DNA of 64,000 nt from Octopus vulgaris (taxonomy: Eukaryota). The notes under the pieces are model-generated. The model was given only the letters and a program-made list of their open reading frames with translations. It was not told the origin of the DNA and ran no database searches. The DNA lies in assembly GCA_951406725.2 (NCBI GenBank), contig OX597820.1, positions 37,076,001 through 37,140,000 of the forward strand, read 5' to 3'. The translations under genes and the position numbers were made by a program. Position 1 is the first letter of the stretch. Every line of letters begins with the position of its first letter. Shown here piece after piece: positions 61,640 through 64,000 of this stretch.

Positions 61640-62210
61640 CGGGAGTCGGATCTTTTCACTTTGACCGGTAGATTTTTAAAATAATTTCTTTGTAACTAAA
61701 CACTTTTAAACTTCGTATACTGGTAGTGTGTTACATAAAACATATTTTTCTCTTGGCTTTCTTTAGAAAATTCTGTAGTTTGTAAGCTATTTGTTGTTAA
61801 ATTTCTTGCATTTCGGCAATTTCAACCAATCAATGACGTCTATTGAGGTGAATACAATTTCTGCGGTTGTTTGTCAATGCGGTGTCATATCAGTTCGTCA
61901 CTGTTATTTATGACATATTTCCTATCAGTTACGTTCGTATGAATAAAAGATTATCGTAATTAAACTTTTATTAATAAACACATATTCTAAGTTCACAACA
62001 TATGCAGTTTTAATTTCCCTCTCTGTTGCACAGATACACACGTTACATCTTATATATTCGTTTAAGAAACAGATTGGGTTTATTTACATTTCTGAAGAAG
62101 AAAGATACCCTTGCCCCCACCCCTAACCCTAAAAGAGATCGAAATGCAATAGATCGATACTAAGGTTATCATTATGGGTGGACACTAAACAGGGAACGGT
62201 TTTGTTATCC
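61640..62210. repeat. Unclassified interspersed repeat
   Basis: Composition shift, gatcttttc/aaaagagatc inverted words and a ccctaaccct patch; family not assignable by eye. Confidence 0.3.
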
Positions 62211-62627
62211 AGCTCTGTTTACGAGTGACCCCTCAGTTTATGGCCACACACGTGCATTTGTTTACATTTGAAGAAGATCGTCACTTTCCGTAAAATTTTT
62301 ATTTTTTTCATATATGTGGGGTTAGGGTTGGAGTCTCTCTCTCTATATATATATATTCGGCGATGTTTACATCGCCATATATTCATATAGGGAGGTTGTT
62401 TTCCAAAGTATAAAATCAACACGGATAGTTTTTTTTAAAATTTTTGTATATTATTTTTTCTAATTTTATTTAAAGGTAATATTTTTCTTTTCAAAATCAG
62501 TATTCACTTTCTCATGTTCCACAAGCACCAAAAAATGTTATAAAAGTTAAACTATAATTAAAGTCTGTAAGCCGTGTTTCTTGATAGCGCCCACGGTGTC
62601 AAAAGTATGATGTGTAACACTCTAAGG

Positions 62628-62828
62628 CAGTGCTTTTCAAACTTTTTGCTGGAGCGGAACCCCAAGGAAACATTCCACTGGCTCGAGGAACCCCTGTGCA
62701 ATAATTTAATAGTCTTATGCACACATATCTGTACAGGAGAATTAAAAATTACTGCCGATTTTAGCAGTTTTGTAACTCATTGCGGAACCCCTGGACTGTA
62801 CTGGCGGAACCCTGGTTGAAAACCACTG
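62628..62828. mobile_element. hAT (Charlie-like) MITE, 201 bp
   Basis: TIRs cagtgcttttcaa / ttgaaaaccactg; perfect 8-bp TSD ctctaagg (62620-62627, 62829-62836). Confidence 0.92.
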
Positions 62829-63059
62829 CTCTAAGGTTTAGGGAATTACGAGATAGATTGGTTGCGGTTGATAAGTTGTACTCGTATGAAATTAAATTAC
62901 TTTGAACATACGCAATTGAAATAAATAGGACTGTTTACTTTGATAATTTTGTTTCGGATCGTAGTAGACGGAAAAGCCCTTTGCTAATGAGATCAGATGA
63001 ACACAGAACTGACATGTTCACTAAATGCCCTACAATACTGGCAAGATTTCGTGTTTGTT

Positions 63060-63480
63060 TGAGTATAGAACTCTCTAGTGATTAAAGTTGTTCGAGTAAA
63101 CAACTCTTTAGTGATTAGAGGGAAGTTGTTCGAGTAAAGAACTCTTTAGTGATTAGAGGTAAATTATTCCAGCATGCTTACTGTCATTTCCATTTTATCT
63201 GAACTACGGTCTCTCCTTCCATTCAAATATTGATATATCTTTTTCTTGCGTTGTTAGTGATAAGTAATTTACTTAAGAAATTGGTCATTAACCAGAAGAT
63301 AATAGAGATATATCTCTCATTATTTCATCTTATTACTATAGTGTTAAGTAAGTATTATAGATTTTGCACATTTCTTTTATACTAAATATTTTCGTTTATA
63401 CACCATTCCTACTTACTTCATGATTCTGTTTTTCCTTCAATTTTTACTTCATTTCTCATAGCTAATTCAGTTTCCCGGAA
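63060..63480 (+). promoter_or_regulatory. Promoter/non-coding first exon of a predicted further ZNF gene right of the window, donor GTAAGT at 63348
   Basis: Homologous to 4290-4700 (tatagaactctcta, ttagaggta, acttaaga.attg, attaacca, ttcttttatactaaa); upstream motif triplicated at 63066-63160. Confidence 0.55.
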
Positions 63481-63839
63481 AAGTATTTTTATATTTATTC
63501 TTATTCTTTCAGCTCTCATTTTATACTTACTCTACCGTGTTTTCTTATTCCAGGTTTCATTTTGTTTAATAAATATACACCTAACATTTGTATATTAAAC
63601 AGAAATATGTTACTACAGTAAATAGTTTACAAGTCCGAGGGAGACAGTGATATTGTCTGTGAACGTTGCTCACATATCTATGTGAATTAGCAACAATTAT
63701 GAGTGGCACGGATTCAGAACGTGCTAATGTGAAGTCCTGCAAAAATATTTCAATAAAAACTTCATTCTGTTTTTATGAATACTATAAGATTTCTTTGAAA
63801 CCCAAATAAGATAAAAGTTTAGGAAGCCTAAAGATTAAT

Positions 63840-64000
63840 CGAAAACACGAAATGGAAAAAAAAATTGTGCAACGGATGTAAAAAGAGGTGTAGAAAACAT
63901 GAAAACAAAAATGCGCGGAAGGCAACGGGGGTGGAGAGAAGACTTCGGAAAATTCACAAGATCGGAGTTTTCCCTCAACTTTTAGGAAAATGTTTTTTTT
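63840..64000. mobile_element. Start of another copy of the 59297 MITE family
   Basis: tgaaaacaaaaatgcgcggaa...acttcggaaaattcacaagatc. Confidence 0.7.

Overview
AT-rich, repeat-dense animal genomic DNA, most likely Octopus/cephalopod (inferred from the SINE families and the style of the tandem C2H2 genes). The core is a tandem cluster of four + strand C2H2 zinc-finger genes with no recognisable effector domain: ZNF-A 10070-11374 (15 fingers), ZNF-B 22899-24812 (21 units), ZNF-C 33726-35042 (13 units), ZNF-D 48538-49515 (11 fingers). Each appears to have a homologous non-coding upstream exon/promoter module, a TE-filled intron, a conserved TTTCAG|G acceptor and one coding exon. Two extra copies of the promoter module (~300-750 minus, ~63060-63480 plus) predict further cluster members outside the window. 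The rest is nested TE remnants: RTE, R4/Dong, CR1, Penelope, Gypsy, solo LTRs, mariner, Tc1, DD41D-like, pogo-like, hAT MITEs and SINEs. The most notable observations are: (i) a higher-order, minisatellite-like finger repeat in ZNF-B and systematic 3' truncation of all arrays inside TGEKP linkers; (ii) two complementary halves of an RTE element that meet at the same 12 bp, suggesting a ~55 kb inversion of the cluster; (iii) an ORF1-only (HAL1-like) retroelement with a 14-bp TSD inside a SINE tRNA head; (iv) a long inverted repeat downstream of ZNF-A. No CRISPR, rRNA or bona fide tRNA genes were seen. All alignments were done by eye, and TE boundaries are approximate unless a TIR/TSD is quoted.
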